36,811 nt of DNA from a virus (Duplodnaviria; Caudoviricetes), in the IMG/VR virus record IMGVR_UViG_3300010366_000027, positions 1 to 36,811 of that record. The stretch is one strand, 5' to 3'. The notes under the pieces were generated by a model, which saw only the letters and a list, made by a program, of their open reading frames with translations, did not search any database and was not told where the DNA came from. Shown here in pieces: positions 8,082-16,928 of this stretch (the stretch's first letter is position 1; the number at the start of each line of letters is the position of its first letter). The position numbers were made by a program, and so were the translations under genes.

Positions 8082-8213
8082 ATGCCGGCGAGATCCCAAA
8101 AACAACGTGCCTGGGCTTTCGCCGTGAAAGGGCCTGCTTGGGCACGCAAGCACCACTTCGACAATCCCGGAAAGTTGCCGAAGACAGTCAAGAAGAAGAA
8201 GGGAAAGAAGTAA
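8082..8213 (+). CDS. small basic protein (43 aa, MPARSQKQRAWAFAVKGPAWARKHHFDNPGKLPKTVKKKKGKK), DUF3008-reminiscent
   Basis: Translated by hand; fills the gap between neighbours; MPAxSxKQR...KLP pattern. Confidence 0.75.
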   Translation: MPARSQKQRAWAFAVKGPAWARKHHFDNPGKLPKTVKKKKGKK

Positions 8214-8324
8214 ATGGCCACCAAGAAGAAGCCGCCGAGTGGCAAGCCTAAGGTGCCATTCGGCGGCAAGAAGGCGGCACCGTTCAAGAAGGGCGGCGGT
8301 CGCAAGACAATGGGGGCTCAGTAA
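8214..8324 (+). CDS. small basic protein (36 aa, MATKKKPPSGKPKVPFGGKKAAPFKKGGGRKTMGAQ)
   Basis: Translated by hand; ATG follows the previous TAA directly and its stop overlaps the next start (TAATG). Confidence 0.75.
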   Translation: MATKKKPPSGKPKVPFGGKKAAPFKKGGGRKTMGAQ

Positions 8325-8518
8325 TGGCTGCTGCTAGGAAACCAAAGCTCGGTTCGGGCAAGCGGTTTGCTGCCCTCAAGAAGAAGATCGCTGCGAAGGG
8401 CAACGTCTCGGATCCAGGAGCGGTCGCAGCCGCCATTGGACGCAAGAAGTACGGCAAGAAGAAGTTCCAGAAGCTCGCGGCCAAGGGTCGTGCTCGGAAG
8501 GCACGGTCGGGTAAATGA
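8324..8518 (+). CDS. small highly basic protein (64 aa)
   Basis: KLGSGKRFAALKKK...IGRKKYGKKKFQKLAAKG; coupled at both ends. Confidence 0.85.
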   Translation: MAAARKPKLGSGKRFAALKKKIAAKGNVSDPGAVAAAIGRKKYGKKKFQKLAAKGRARKARSGK

Positions 8519-9972
8519 AGTTCAAGCGAACGATCAGAGCCAATACTCATCAGGCCGGCACTCCGTACAAGGGTGACGATGGTCTCTGGCGTATCGACAA
8601 TGTCCCGATCTGCTCGACCGGGATCGAATACAAGCTCGGCACCGGCCCACATACCTTCACCGAAGCCGAGCTAGCTGATGCTGTCAAAGCCGCGAGTGGG
8701 GAAGACGTCGCGATCAACTCGCCTCGGATCAAGCTCGGACATCAGTCCAAGGTGAATGATCTGTTCTTAGGCGAGGATGAACCGGCATTCGGTCGGGTCG
8801 AGGGAATGACTCTGAGCGCGAACAAGCAGACAATCCTCGGCTCGTACGTCGGTACGCCGGAATGGTTGGCGAAAGTCTTGCCGGTTGCCTATCCCTCCCG
8901 ATCTGTTGACGCGCAGTTGGGAGTGTCAACTGCGACCGGCAAGAAGTACGAGATGGTAATCACAGACGTATCGCTGCTCGGGATCTTGTGGCCGGGTTGT
9001 TCCGTTTTGGAGGATCTACCTCTCTGGTACGGAGCGGAGACTCCCGAGGGTGTTGAGATCAACGCTTCAGTTGACGTCTCTGCCATTCGCTCGAAGTTTT
9101 ACAGCGAGGGGCCTGGCGCCGGCAATGTGAAGAGTTGGATCAGGGGAGAGCGGTTCGACACGATGAGCGGATATACGCTCATCGTGGATGAGGGCGACGG
9201 CAATCTCAGCCGGATTCCTGTCGATGTTGAAGACAATGTCGTCAGTTTCGGTACGGCGGTTCCCGTCGTGGAGCAGTACACCGACAAAGCGGCTGCAGCT
9301 TCGGCCGTTCTTGCCGGGATGAAGATGGCGGATCCGGCCATGGTCATCTTCGCTTCAAAGCAGGAAACATCAACAGAAGGAGAGACGATGGATGAAGAGC
9401 TTCGCCAGAGTCTCGCTAAGCGTCTGGGTCTGCCCGACGATGCCACGGAGGAGCAGATCAAGACCGAGTTGGCCAAGCCGGTGGAAGATCCACCGACGCC
9501 AACTGGCGGGGAGGGCGAGCCTGTGAGCGGCGAGCCGCCGGCAGTCACGGATCCAAACCCTGTGGTCGAAGGTGATCCCGTGAGCGCGACTGTCACTCTG
9601 GATCGAGCGACGTATGATCAACTCAAGCGTGGTGCTGACCTCGCAGTCACGCACGAGACCGAGCGCGTCGAGGCGCGCATCAACGAGACCGTCGAAGCGG
9701 CGGTCATGGACGGTCGGATTCCACCCGCGCGTCGTGAGCATTGGCAGAAGGCGCTACGGGCAGACTTCGACGGCAACAAGACTGTGATTGACGGTCTGGA
9801 GAAGGGTCTGGTTCCGCTTGTAGCTCGCGGCTCTGGCGGCGGTGGCGGCGAAGGCGACGGTCTGGAAGCGGGAACCGATCAAGGCCTGCCTCTGGACTGG
9901 TTCCCCGAGATCAAGACCATCCGGGCTCAGGCTGAGTCCGGCAGTCGCGTTATCAACGCGAAGGAGGGTTAG
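8515..9972 (+). CDS. capsid maturation protease/scaffold fusion (Mu gpI-like)
   Basis: IKLGH, AYPSRSVD and VSLLG motifs; C-terminal helical scaffold-like region (LGLPDDATEEQI, GRIPPARREHW); lies before the capsid genes. Confidence 0.8.
   Translation: MKFKRTIRANTHQAGTPYKGDDGLWRIDNVPICSTGIEYKLGTGPHTFTEAELADAVKAASGEDVAINSPRIKLGHQSKVNDLFLGEDEPAFGRVEGMTLSANKQTILGSYVGTPEWLAKVLPVAYPSRSVDAQLGVSTATGKKYEMVITDVSLLGILWPGCSVLEDLPLWYGAETPEGVEINASVDVSAIRSKFYSEGPGAGNVKSWIRGERFDTMSGYTLIVDEGDGNLSRIPVDVEDNVVSFGTAVPVVEQYTDKAAAASAVLAGMKMADPAMVIFASKQETSTEGETMDEELRQSLAKRLGLPDDATEEQIKTELAKPVEDPPTPTGGEGEPVSGEPPAVTDPNPVVEGDPVSATVTLDRATYDQLKRGADLAVTHETERVEARINETVEAAVMDGRIPPARREHWQKALRADFDGNKTVIDGLEKGLVPLVARGSGGGGGEGDGLEAGTDQGLPLDWFPEIKTIRAQAESGSRVINAKEG
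9388..9972 (+). CDS. putative nested in-frame scaffolding protein
   Basis: Internal RBS GAAGGAG before in-frame ATG 9388, at the domain boundary. Confidence 0.6.
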   Translation: MDEELRQSLAKRLGLPDDATEEQIKTELAKPVEDPPTPTGGEGEPVSGEPPAVTDPNPVVEGDPVSATVTLDRATYDQLKRGADLAVTHETERVEARINETVEAAVMDGRIPPARREHWQKALRADFDGNKTVIDGLEKGLVPLVARGSGGGGGEGDGLEAGTDQGLPLDWFPEIKTIRAQAESGSRVINAKEG

Positions 9973-9975
9973 GCC

Positions 9976-10407
9976 GTGGCCAACGACCTCATCCCTTACA
10001 AGCGACCAGGCGAAGACGTTACCGGCTACGCCGTGGCCGCGATTACCGGCAAGCGTTGTGTTCAGATCGCAGCGGCCAAGGTCAACAAGGCCGAGGGTCT
10101 GAGCACGACGGGCGAAGGTGGAGCGTATCGCGTTGCGCTCCCGTCGGGTGCCGGCGCGAACGGTGGCGCTGCCAAGATGATCTTTGGCGTCGCCAAGTAC
10201 GACCAGGCAACGGTCGGAAAGCTCGTCGGGATTGTTCGTGGCGGAATCGTTCCGATCACGGCCTCGGCAGCGATCACGGCTGGGATCGGTGTTCAAGTCG
10301 CAGCGGACGGAACGGTGGTGCCTGTTTCCACCGGAGTCCAGATCGGTGTCGCTTGCGACGACTGCGCAAACGGGGCTGACTGCGAAGTGGCCCTCAACAT
10401 CGGGTGA
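9976..10407 (+). CDS. capsid decoration/cement protein (DUF2190-like)
   Basis: Small Ala/Gly-rich beta protein (FGVAKYD, GIVPITASAAITAG) between scaffold and MCP; RBS AAGGAGG. Confidence 0.8.
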   Translation: MANDLIPYKRPGEDVTGYAVAAITGKRCVQIAAAKVNKAEGLSTTGEGGAYRVALPSGAGANGGAAKMIFGVAKYDQATVGKLVGIVRGGIVPITASAAITAGIGVQVAADGTVVPVSTGVQIGVACDDCANGADCEVALNIG

Positions 10408-10418
10408 GAGGAGGGGAG

Positions 10419-11408
10419 ATGGAAAACAGAGTCACACTGGCCGAGCCGATTGTGTGGGTTCCTGGACAACCCGGAATCACGCGGGCGCGCGAGGCCATCG
10501 AGGCATCGACGTATCCGAATCCAGTCGCCCATCCTCTCGGCCCGCCGACTGTCTCAGGCACGACGATCACGATGGACATCGCGCTCAACGCGCCGACGCG
10601 CATCACTCGAACACTGATGGATCTCACGTTGCAGAGGTTCTTCGCTGATCGCGTGTTCACGTCGTCGGGTGGAGTCACCGGTGGCGCCGTCGTGTACGAC
10701 CAGCTGTTGGCGAACGATCTCTACTCGGATCGTGACCTCCAGCGCATTCAGCCTGGTGACGAGTTCCCGCTGGTCACCAGCTCGCGGCGCGTGCCGTATG
10801 TCGCAGAAGTGGAGAAGTGGGGCGGTAAGTTCTTCGTCACGGTCGAAGCTCGTGACCGCAACGATGTCGCCGTCTTCACTCGAAACGTACGGATGCTCGC
10901 GAACACTCTCGTCCGCAAGATCAACCAGAGGGCGGTCGAAGTCCTGGAGGCTGCTGTTCAGGCGGCTCCGGTCAGAACCGTCACCGGCGTCAACTGGGCA
11001 ACCGTCGTCACGGCGGGCGCTTCGGCGTCGAACTCGACTCTGTGGCCTGGTTACGACTTCAGCCGGGCGCAGGCGCAAGCCGAGACCGAGGAACTGGGGA
11101 TCGTGTTCGACCTCTGGATCCTCAACCCGCAGGAGTACTTGCAGCTGGCCCGCATTTACGGGCCAGATCTCAACAACCTGCTCGCTTCGCTCAATCTGTC
11201 GATCTTCGTCACCAACCGTGTCGTGGCCGGCAACGCCTACGTCGTGCAGCAGGGACAGCCGGGACAGATGCGGACGGAGCAACCACTGCAGACCACGCAG
11301 TGGTACGAGCAGGAGACGGAGCGGTACTGGACGCAGAGCAGCGTTCGGCCGCTGATGTTCGTAGACAACCGCTTCGCCGTTCTCAAGTTCACCAACCTGG
11401 CCGGGTAG
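10419..11408 (+). CDS. major capsid protein
   Basis: 329 aa, strong RBS GAGGAGG, very biased codon usage, PGDEFPLV and EKWGGKF motifs, synteny. Confidence 0.88.
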   Translation: MENRVTLAEPIVWVPGQPGITRAREAIEASTYPNPVAHPLGPPTVSGTTITMDIALNAPTRITRTLMDLTLQRFFADRVFTSSGGVTGGAVVYDQLLANDLYSDRDLQRIQPGDEFPLVTSSRRVPYVAEVEKWGGKFFVTVEARDRNDVAVFTRNVRMLANTLVRKINQRAVEVLEAAVQAAPVRTVTGVNWATVVTAGASASNSTLWPGYDFSRAQAQAETEELGIVFDLWILNPQEYLQLARIYGPDLNNLLASLNLSIFVTNRVVAGNAYVVQQGQPGQMRTEQPLQTTQWYEQETERYWTQSSVRPLMFVDNRFAVLKFTNLAG

Positions 11409-11416
11409 GAGGCGTC

Positions 11417-11932
11417 ATGGCAGAACTACACGGCAAGGATCTGAGCGCCATCGAGGCGGAAGAGTACGAGTCCGGTGATGAGTACGCTGATCAGGGTGAC
11501 GACCGGATGATCCGCACTCTGCGGTTCGCTTACACGGTTCAGATTACGGACGAGGCCGGCAACGTTGTCATTGCCGCTCAGGAAGCTCTCCAGGGTGATG
11601 TTGTCACTCTGGAGCAGATCGGGCAGATCGCTCTGAAGAAGGGCGAGGAGTCGCATGCGTTCTATACAACCGACGAGCGTGAGCGAGTCGAGGCAGGAGA
11701 GAGTCCTGATGAGCCGGTAGCTCTCGGTGCTGGTGGCGATCTCAGCTCGATGGGTGAGTACGAGCTGGCCGAATACATCAAGAGCAATAACCTGACGGTC
11801 GGCGATACCGTCGCACTCGCTGGTAGTGACAAGGACATGGCCCATCGTGTTCTGCAAGCCGAGAACATCGCTACCGATGGCGAACCTCGCAAGGGCGTTG
11901 AGGCAGGGCTGACCTCGATCATCGAGGGGTAG
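11417..11932 (+). CDS. acidic hypothetical virion-associated protein (171 aa)
   Basis: RBS AGGAGG before ATG 11417; ends in an EPRKGVEAGL motif of the kind seen in phage ORFs following the MCP. Confidence 0.8.
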   Translation: MAELHGKDLSAIEAEEYESGDEYADQGDDRMIRTLRFAYTVQITDEAGNVVIAAQEALQGDVVTLEQIGQIALKKGEESHAFYTTDERERVEAGESPDEPVALGAGGDLSSMGEYELAEYIKSNNLTVGDTVALAGSDKDMAHRVLQAENIATDGEPRKGVEAGLTSIIEG

Positions 11933-11934
11933 CC

Positions 11935-12301
11935 ATGATCTCCGCTGGCACGTCGCAATGCCTCCCGCCTACCGCAGTGGCGGGAGGCGACGTGTCGGTT
12001 TCGGTCTCGACGGGCGATGAACATCTCTAGGCGGCTAGCTCCCAAACAGTTAGCTGTTGTAGGAGCTTCTGCCAAGATCCGCCGGCAGATCGGAGCGGGT
12101 CGGGTCGTTTCAGCCTATCTAGTGGCTCTCAAAGACGGGGCTCGTGCCCTCGAAACCTCGTCGAACCGTACTCAAAACAAGGACGCGTGTAGAAGTGGCG
12201 GGTAGAGTCGATACGCCTGCGTCCTTTACTCCATCTTCGACGGGCCGTATACTCGGTGTCACGATGGGATCGATGCCGAGACCAGCCAGTGGGAGGATCG
12301 T
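11935..12301 (+). ncRNA. candidate multi-stem structured RNA (alternatively a frameshifted gene remnant)
   Basis: Only large ORF-poor gap in the structural operon; nested stems found by eye (see findings). Confidence 0.4.
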
Positions 12302-12304
12302 CAA

Positions 12305-13033
12305 GTGACAGTCGTCTCATTCACAGACTACACGCCAGTCCCGAGGTTCGACGGGATCCCATGGACAACGGTGATGATCGAGGAGAGCACGTCCGAGACC
12401 GGGCCGTGGACTCTGATTGATACACAGACTCTGTCGCCTGTGGACAGTGATCCGTCGGATCCGATCTCTCGTTCGTTCACCACTAACAAAGCTACGCTCG
12501 CCGTCGGCGCTGGATGGTACATGGTCTCGTTCGGCGACGCTAGCAACAACGTCATCGAGATGGGTGTCACGTTCAACGGTGAACCTATCGAATGGACTCC
12601 CAGCCTTCAGGATGTCGGTCATGTCCTTCTGTCGAGGACTCGTGATTCCAACGGCAAGGTGCTCGGAACTTTCACCGATGACACACAGCCGACTGACGAC
12701 GAGGTTCGCATCCTGATCGACAAGGCCGTTGCCGATATGATTCCATTGATTGGCACTGACATACCTGATGAGCTAATCCCCGAGGCTCAGCACATCGCGT
12801 CGATTCGTACTGCGATGTACATCGAGATCACGTTCTATGCGAACGAAGTCGCGATGAGTCGCTCTGTGTATCCAGAGCTAAAGGTTTTGTACGATGAAAA
12901 GCTCGCCAGCCTTGCGAAAGCCGTTGTTGCGGTCGAATCAGGCCAGAGCCTGGTGGATGCGGCGGCTGGAGCGGGTGGCTCGCCGTACTACCAATATCCT
13001 CCCGATGATGGTTTGTACTGGCGGCCATTTTGA
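12305..13033 (+). CDS. head-tail adaptor/connector protein
   Basis: Synteny; C-terminal GTFTDDTQPTDDEV adaptor-like region; RBS GGGAGG. Confidence 0.7.
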   Translation: MTVVSFTDYTPVPRFDGIPWTTVMIEESTSETGPWTLIDTQTLSPVDSDPSDPISRSFTTNKATLAVGAGWYMVSFGDASNNVIEMGVTFNGEPIEWTPSLQDVGHVLLSRTRDSNGKVLGTFTDDTQPTDDEVRILIDKAVADMIPLIGTDIPDELIPEAQHIASIRTAMYIEITFYANEVAMSRSVYPELKVLYDEKLASLAKAVVAVESGQSLVDAAAGAGGSPYYQYPPDDGLYWRPF

Positions 13034-13512
13034 CATTCACTGTCAAAGTTGTCGGTCTCAAAGAAGCATTCCAGATGATACGCGGCGGCAAGCTCGCGGT
13101 CAGCAATATGAAGCCGGCAATGGAGCTAGTAGCCGATGATCTTCTCCTAGCCATCGAGCAGAACTTCGAAAGTCAGGGTCGGCGCGGCGGCGGAAGCTGG
13201 AAACCTGATTCAACAGAATGGGCGAATCGCAAAGCCGCTGCTGGTCTCGATCCTCGTATCTTGCACGCGACCGAAGCTCTGCGTGACTCGATGACAGTAC
13301 GTGGGGATCCGGCGATGGATCTGCATATCACGAATAAACAGATCAGGCTCGACTCATTCTTGGAGTACGCCGCAGTTCAGCAATACGGCGGTGGCCGCTC
13401 TAAGCTGCCGGCTCGTCCATATGCCAGATTCACTCAGCACGACGTAGACGACTGGGCGCACATAGTCGAGGAGTATCTGATCAAAGCTATGAGGGTGAGT
13501 GAGCGCATATGA
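13030..13512 (+). CDS. virion morphogenesis protein (Mu gpG/P2 gpS-like)
   Basis: NFESQG..GGSWKP, ILHATEALRDS, YAAVQQYG and LPARPY motifs. Confidence 0.85.
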   Translation: MTFTVKVVGLKEAFQMIRGGKLAVSNMKPAMELVADDLLLAIEQNFESQGRRGGGSWKPDSTEWANRKAAAGLDPRILHATEALRDSMTVRGDPAMDLHITNKQIRLDSFLEYAAVQQYGGGRSKLPARPYARFTQHDVDDWAHIVEEYLIKAMRVSERI

Positions 13513-14144
13513 GTCAGATGGTGACTGATACGATCTTTGGCCCAATCTTCGACGGCAGCGTCTTGACACGCGCCGTGCTTGCAACTCTCAAAGCTTGGTT
13601 CCCGACCTACATCAAGGAGATCGAGCTACAGCGTGGTTACACTCCCGGTGAGATCCCTGCTCCAAAGACTTATGTGGAACGTTGGGCGTTCGACTCCTAT
13701 CCTGACGATAAGATACCGGCTGTGATCGTTGTTTCGCCAGGAATGTTCGAACCTCCTCGACGCGATGGAGATGGGACGGTCAGTGGATGGTGGTCGGTCG
13801 GCGTCGGAATCATTGCGGCTGCTAATACAGAGGATAACTCGGAGCGACTCGCCAAGGTGTATGGCGCTGGCGCCCGGATGATCATGGAGCAGAAGGGGTA
13901 CCTCGATGAATCTTGGGAGTTCAACGGCTGCATCGTCCTCGATGAGACGTACACGGATATACCTGACATCGAGCAGGCTAGGACGATGAGATCGGTACAT
14001 GTAGTCAGCAGAGTCCAAGTCATCAATATGTGGGACGCCTTCGGAGGGCCAGCGCAACCTTCTGCCCCAGACCCGATCAATCAGCCTGGTTCGCAGTGGC
14101 CTGACGTTCAGACGGTGTTTGTTGATATCGAGAGCAAGAAGTAG
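13509..14144 (+). CDS. putative tail terminator/neck protein
   Basis: Synteny between the morphogenesis protein and the sheath; ATGA coupling. Confidence 0.6.
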   Translation: MSQMVTDTIFGPIFDGSVLTRAVLATLKAWFPTYIKEIELQRGYTPGEIPAPKTYVERWAFDSYPDDKIPAVIVVSPGMFEPPRRDGDGTVSGWWSVGVGIIAAANTEDNSERLAKVYGAGARMIMEQKGYLDESWEFNGCIVLDETYTDIPDIEQARTMRSVHVVSRVQVINMWDAFGGPAQPSAPDPINQPGSQWPDVQTVFVDIESKK

Positions 14145-14158
14145 TGAAGGAGGACTAG

Positions 14159-14416
14159 ATGGCCGAAGCCAAGACCAAGTCGGCGGCCGGAACATATAGA
14201 TACGTCGGCGATCACGCAATCATTCTCGAAAGCGGGGCGCCACTCGGTATCGGCGAGTACGTCACGTTGACCGAGATTAGTCCTGCTGCGCAGGAACTCA
14301 TCGACGAAGGCAAGCTGCTCGACGCGAGTGGCGTGGAGGTGCCTAGTGAAGCCAGCACCACCCCCGACAACAGTTCCACCACTGGTCGTAAAACAAGTGA
14401 AGGGAGCGGCGAATGA
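14159..14416 (+). CDS. hypothetical protein (85 aa)
   Basis: RBS AAGGAGG; ATGA overlap with the sheath gene. Confidence 0.8.
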   Translation: MAEAKTKSAAGTYRYVGDHAIILESGAPLGIGEYVTLTEISPAAQELIDEGKLLDASGVEVPSEASTTPDNSSTTGRKTSEGSGE

Positions 14417-15858
14417 GCACCGTTCTGATCCGGCCTGGCGTAAATGTCACGCTGCGGTCGAATCCCTCTGCGCTCGGAGCACCAACTGACACCGGCGTCT
14501 GGTTCGTCGTCGGTATGACAGATGCCGGCCCGACATCGCCGACAGTCATACGGAGCATGAGCGATTACCAGGCCCTCTTCGGCCAGCGCGTGAGCTACAG
14601 CGTCTTGTACGACGCGCTCGACATCTTCTTCCGCGAAGGTGGTGGTTCCGCTTACATCTCCCGTGTCGTCGGGCCTGCCGCTGTAGTTGCCACTCACAAC
14701 CTGCTCGACGGCTCAGCTGCGGTCTCACTCGTGGCAAACGCTCTCGGGCCTGGAGCGAGCGGCAACAACATCTCAGTCGGCGTCCGTGCCGGTCAGGGTG
14801 CCGGCACGTTCGTCGTCTTCGTCGTCATTGGCGGTGTTGAAGTCGAGACCAGTCCTGATCTCGCAGATCCGCCGACAGCGGTTCTCTGGGCACAGAACTC
14901 GCAGAACATTCGTCTCGTGCTTGGAGCCTCAACAAACGATCCGGCCGTAGCGGCTGCTGCGGCGCTCGCTGGTGGGAACGACGACCGGAACAACGCCACC
15001 GACACTCAGTGGCAGGCGGCGCTTGACAGGATCACGACCGACTTCGGCCCTGGTCAGGTATCTGCTCCGGGCCGGACAACCGATCCCGGCCATCAGCAGC
15101 TCGTCACTCACGCCGGATCTCATCGTCGAGTCGCGGTGCTCGATGCTCCTGACTCCGCAACGCTCGCGACGCTTCAGGCGAGCGCGCTCGGAGCGCGTGT
15201 CGGAACCTCATCCAAGTTCGGCGCGATGTTCTGGCCGTGGCTGATCGCTCCGGGCGTTGTCTCCGGTTCGACTCGCAGCGTGCCTCCGTCCGCTTTGATC
15301 GCAGGTCTGATTGGACGGAACGACAATGCCGGCCTCGGCCCCGATCAGGCAGCTGCCGGCGACAACGGTGTATCACTTTCCGTGATCGGTCTCTCGCAGG
15401 CGGCGATGACGGACGCGAACCGGCAGACCGCGAACACCTCCGGGATCAACGTCATTCGCAATCTGTACGGAACGTTTCGCAACTACGGCTGGCGCTCGCT
15501 TGTCGATCCGGTCGCGGAGCAGGACTGGGTGGACTACGGGAATGGCCGGCTGTACATGGCTATCGCCGCCGAGGCAACTGCGCTCGCCGAAGGGTTCATG
15601 TTCGACAAGATCGACGGCAAAGGCGTAACGATCTCGTCGTTCAACGGTGTTCTCTCGTCGATGTTGCAGCGCTTCTACGTCAACGGCGATCTCTACGGAG
15701 CGTCGGCAGCCGATGCGTACTACGTAGATACTGGCCCATCCGTGAATACGCCGACGACCATCGCCAACCACGAACTACACGCAGTTCTGAACGTCCGGAT
15801 GAGCGAGTTCGCCGAGATGGTTCAGATCGAAGTCTACAAGATCCCGATCAACGCATAA
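14413..15858 (+). CDS. contractile tail sheath protein
   Basis: RPGVNV N-terminus, FFREGG..AYISRV, FWPWL, VPPSALIAG, GINVIR and YGWRSL motifs. Confidence 0.92.
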   Translation: MSTVLIRPGVNVTLRSNPSALGAPTDTGVWFVVGMTDAGPTSPTVIRSMSDYQALFGQRVSYSVLYDALDIFFREGGGSAYISRVVGPAAVVATHNLLDGSAAVSLVANALGPGASGNNISVGVRAGQGAGTFVVFVVIGGVEVETSPDLADPPTAVLWAQNSQNIRLVLGASTNDPAVAAAAALAGGNDDRNNATDTQWQAALDRITTDFGPGQVSAPGRTTDPGHQQLVTHAGSHRRVAVLDAPDSATLATLQASALGARVGTSSKFGAMFWPWLIAPGVVSGSTRSVPPSALIAGLIGRNDNAGLGPDQAAAGDNGVSLSVIGLSQAAMTDANRQTANTSGINVIRNLYGTFRNYGWRSLVDPVAEQDWVDYGNGRLYMAIAAEATALAEGFMFDKIDGKGVTISSFNGVLSSMLQRFYVNGDLYGASAADAYYVDTGPSVNTPTTIANHELHAVLNVRMSEFAEMVQIEVYKIPINA

Positions 15859-15867
15859 GGAGAGGGG

Positions 15868-16356
15868 ATGTCAACTCAACAGGTTACACCAACCCGTCTC
15901 GACACCTTCCTGGTCAACCTGCAGGTCGAGGATCCTCACAGTCCTGGGCAGTGGTTCGACTGGGGAGTCTGGGACACCAAGGCCGGTGGCGATCTCGACT
16001 CAGAGGAGCGCATCTACTATCCGGGCGGCATGTATCCGTCCTACTCGCTCGGAGGACGAGTCGTTCCAGCGCAGATTACTCTGACCCGCAACTACCGGAT
16101 CCATCGAGATCACTACCACATTCAGAACCTGCTCGATGCGGTCGGCGTCTCGCGCGTCACTATTCAGCAGTTCCCGATGGACAGGTACAAGAACGTCTAC
16201 ACGCCGGCACTCGTCTGGCACGGCACTCTAAAAACAGTGATTCTTCCCGAGCACAACTCCGAGTCAACGAGCGATCCGGGAATGATCACGGTTGTCGCGT
16301 CCATTGATTCGGCTCCGTCGGCAGTTGGCGCCAACGCTAAGGGTAGCCAGCCTTAG
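15868..16356 (+). CDS. tail tube protein
   Basis: 162 aa directly after the sheath; GGDLDSEE..YYPGGM and ITLTR motifs. Confidence 0.8.
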   Translation: MSTQQVTPTRLDTFLVNLQVEDPHSPGQWFDWGVWDTKAGGDLDSEERIYYPGGMYPSYSLGGRVVPAQITLTRNYRIHRDHYHIQNLLDAVGVSRVTIQQFPMDRYKNVYTPALVWHGTLKTVILPEHNSESTSDPGMITVVASIDSAPSAVGANAKGSQP

Positions 16357-16367
16357 GAGGCGGACAA

Positions 16368-16928
16368 ATGACAGAGATCGAAGATGAGGCTCAACCTCTC
16401 GCTCACGAAATCACGAGCGATGAGGTGATGAAGCCGCCCACCCTCGTAGATCAACTTCGCCAGCGCCGGTCGGAGATCGCAGAGACGCAGGAAGTCCTGC
16501 TGCCATTGACCGGCTACGACGAGTACGGCGTCAAGGTCAAGCACCGACTAATGGATCGAGCCGAGGTCGAGCGGATTGCTCGTCGTGTCATGCAAGAGAC
16601 AAAGGATCGCGGCGAGCGGAATATGCGTATCTTGATTGACATGATCATCCAATCGACTCGCGGCTTCTACATTCACGACGATGAGGATGATCAAGATCAC
16701 CCGATCCTCGACGACCGCAACGGTGAGATCCCGGTGCTCGACTGGGGTGGTATGGCGAACTACCTTGGTTGGAACCCCAACGGCGAATACGCAGATATGC
16801 GGCTCGCCGTGTACTGGGTGTTTGGCAGTAACGAGTTCATGGTCGGCCAGTACGGCATCATCCTCAATCGCTGGATGAATAATACCGGCGTCAAGATTGA
16901 CGAGGAGTTCTTGGGGGAAGTGCTTTAG
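16368..16928 (+). CDS. tail assembly chaperone (gpG-like, short form)
   Basis: Between tube and tape measure; ends just after a slippery G GGG GAA. Confidence 0.8.
   Translation: MTEIEDEAQPLAHEITSDEVMKPPTLVDQLRQRRSEIAETQEVLLPLTGYDEYGVKVKHRLMDRAEVERIARRVMQETKDRGERNMRILIDMIIQSTRGFYIHDDEDDQDHPILDDRNGEIPVLDWGGMANYLGWNPNGEYADMRLAVYWVFGSNEFMVGQYGIILNRWMNNTGVKIDEEFLGEVL

Noticed and set aside
11990-12240. tmRNA/tRNA-like or hammerhead identity for the structured gap (GGTCTCGACGGG resembles the tmRNA 5' GGATTCGACGGG; CGATGA...CGAAAC resembles a hammerhead core)
   Set aside because: No GGGG acceptor stem, no GGTTCGA T-arm or CCA end, and no intact CUGAUGA core with correct stems
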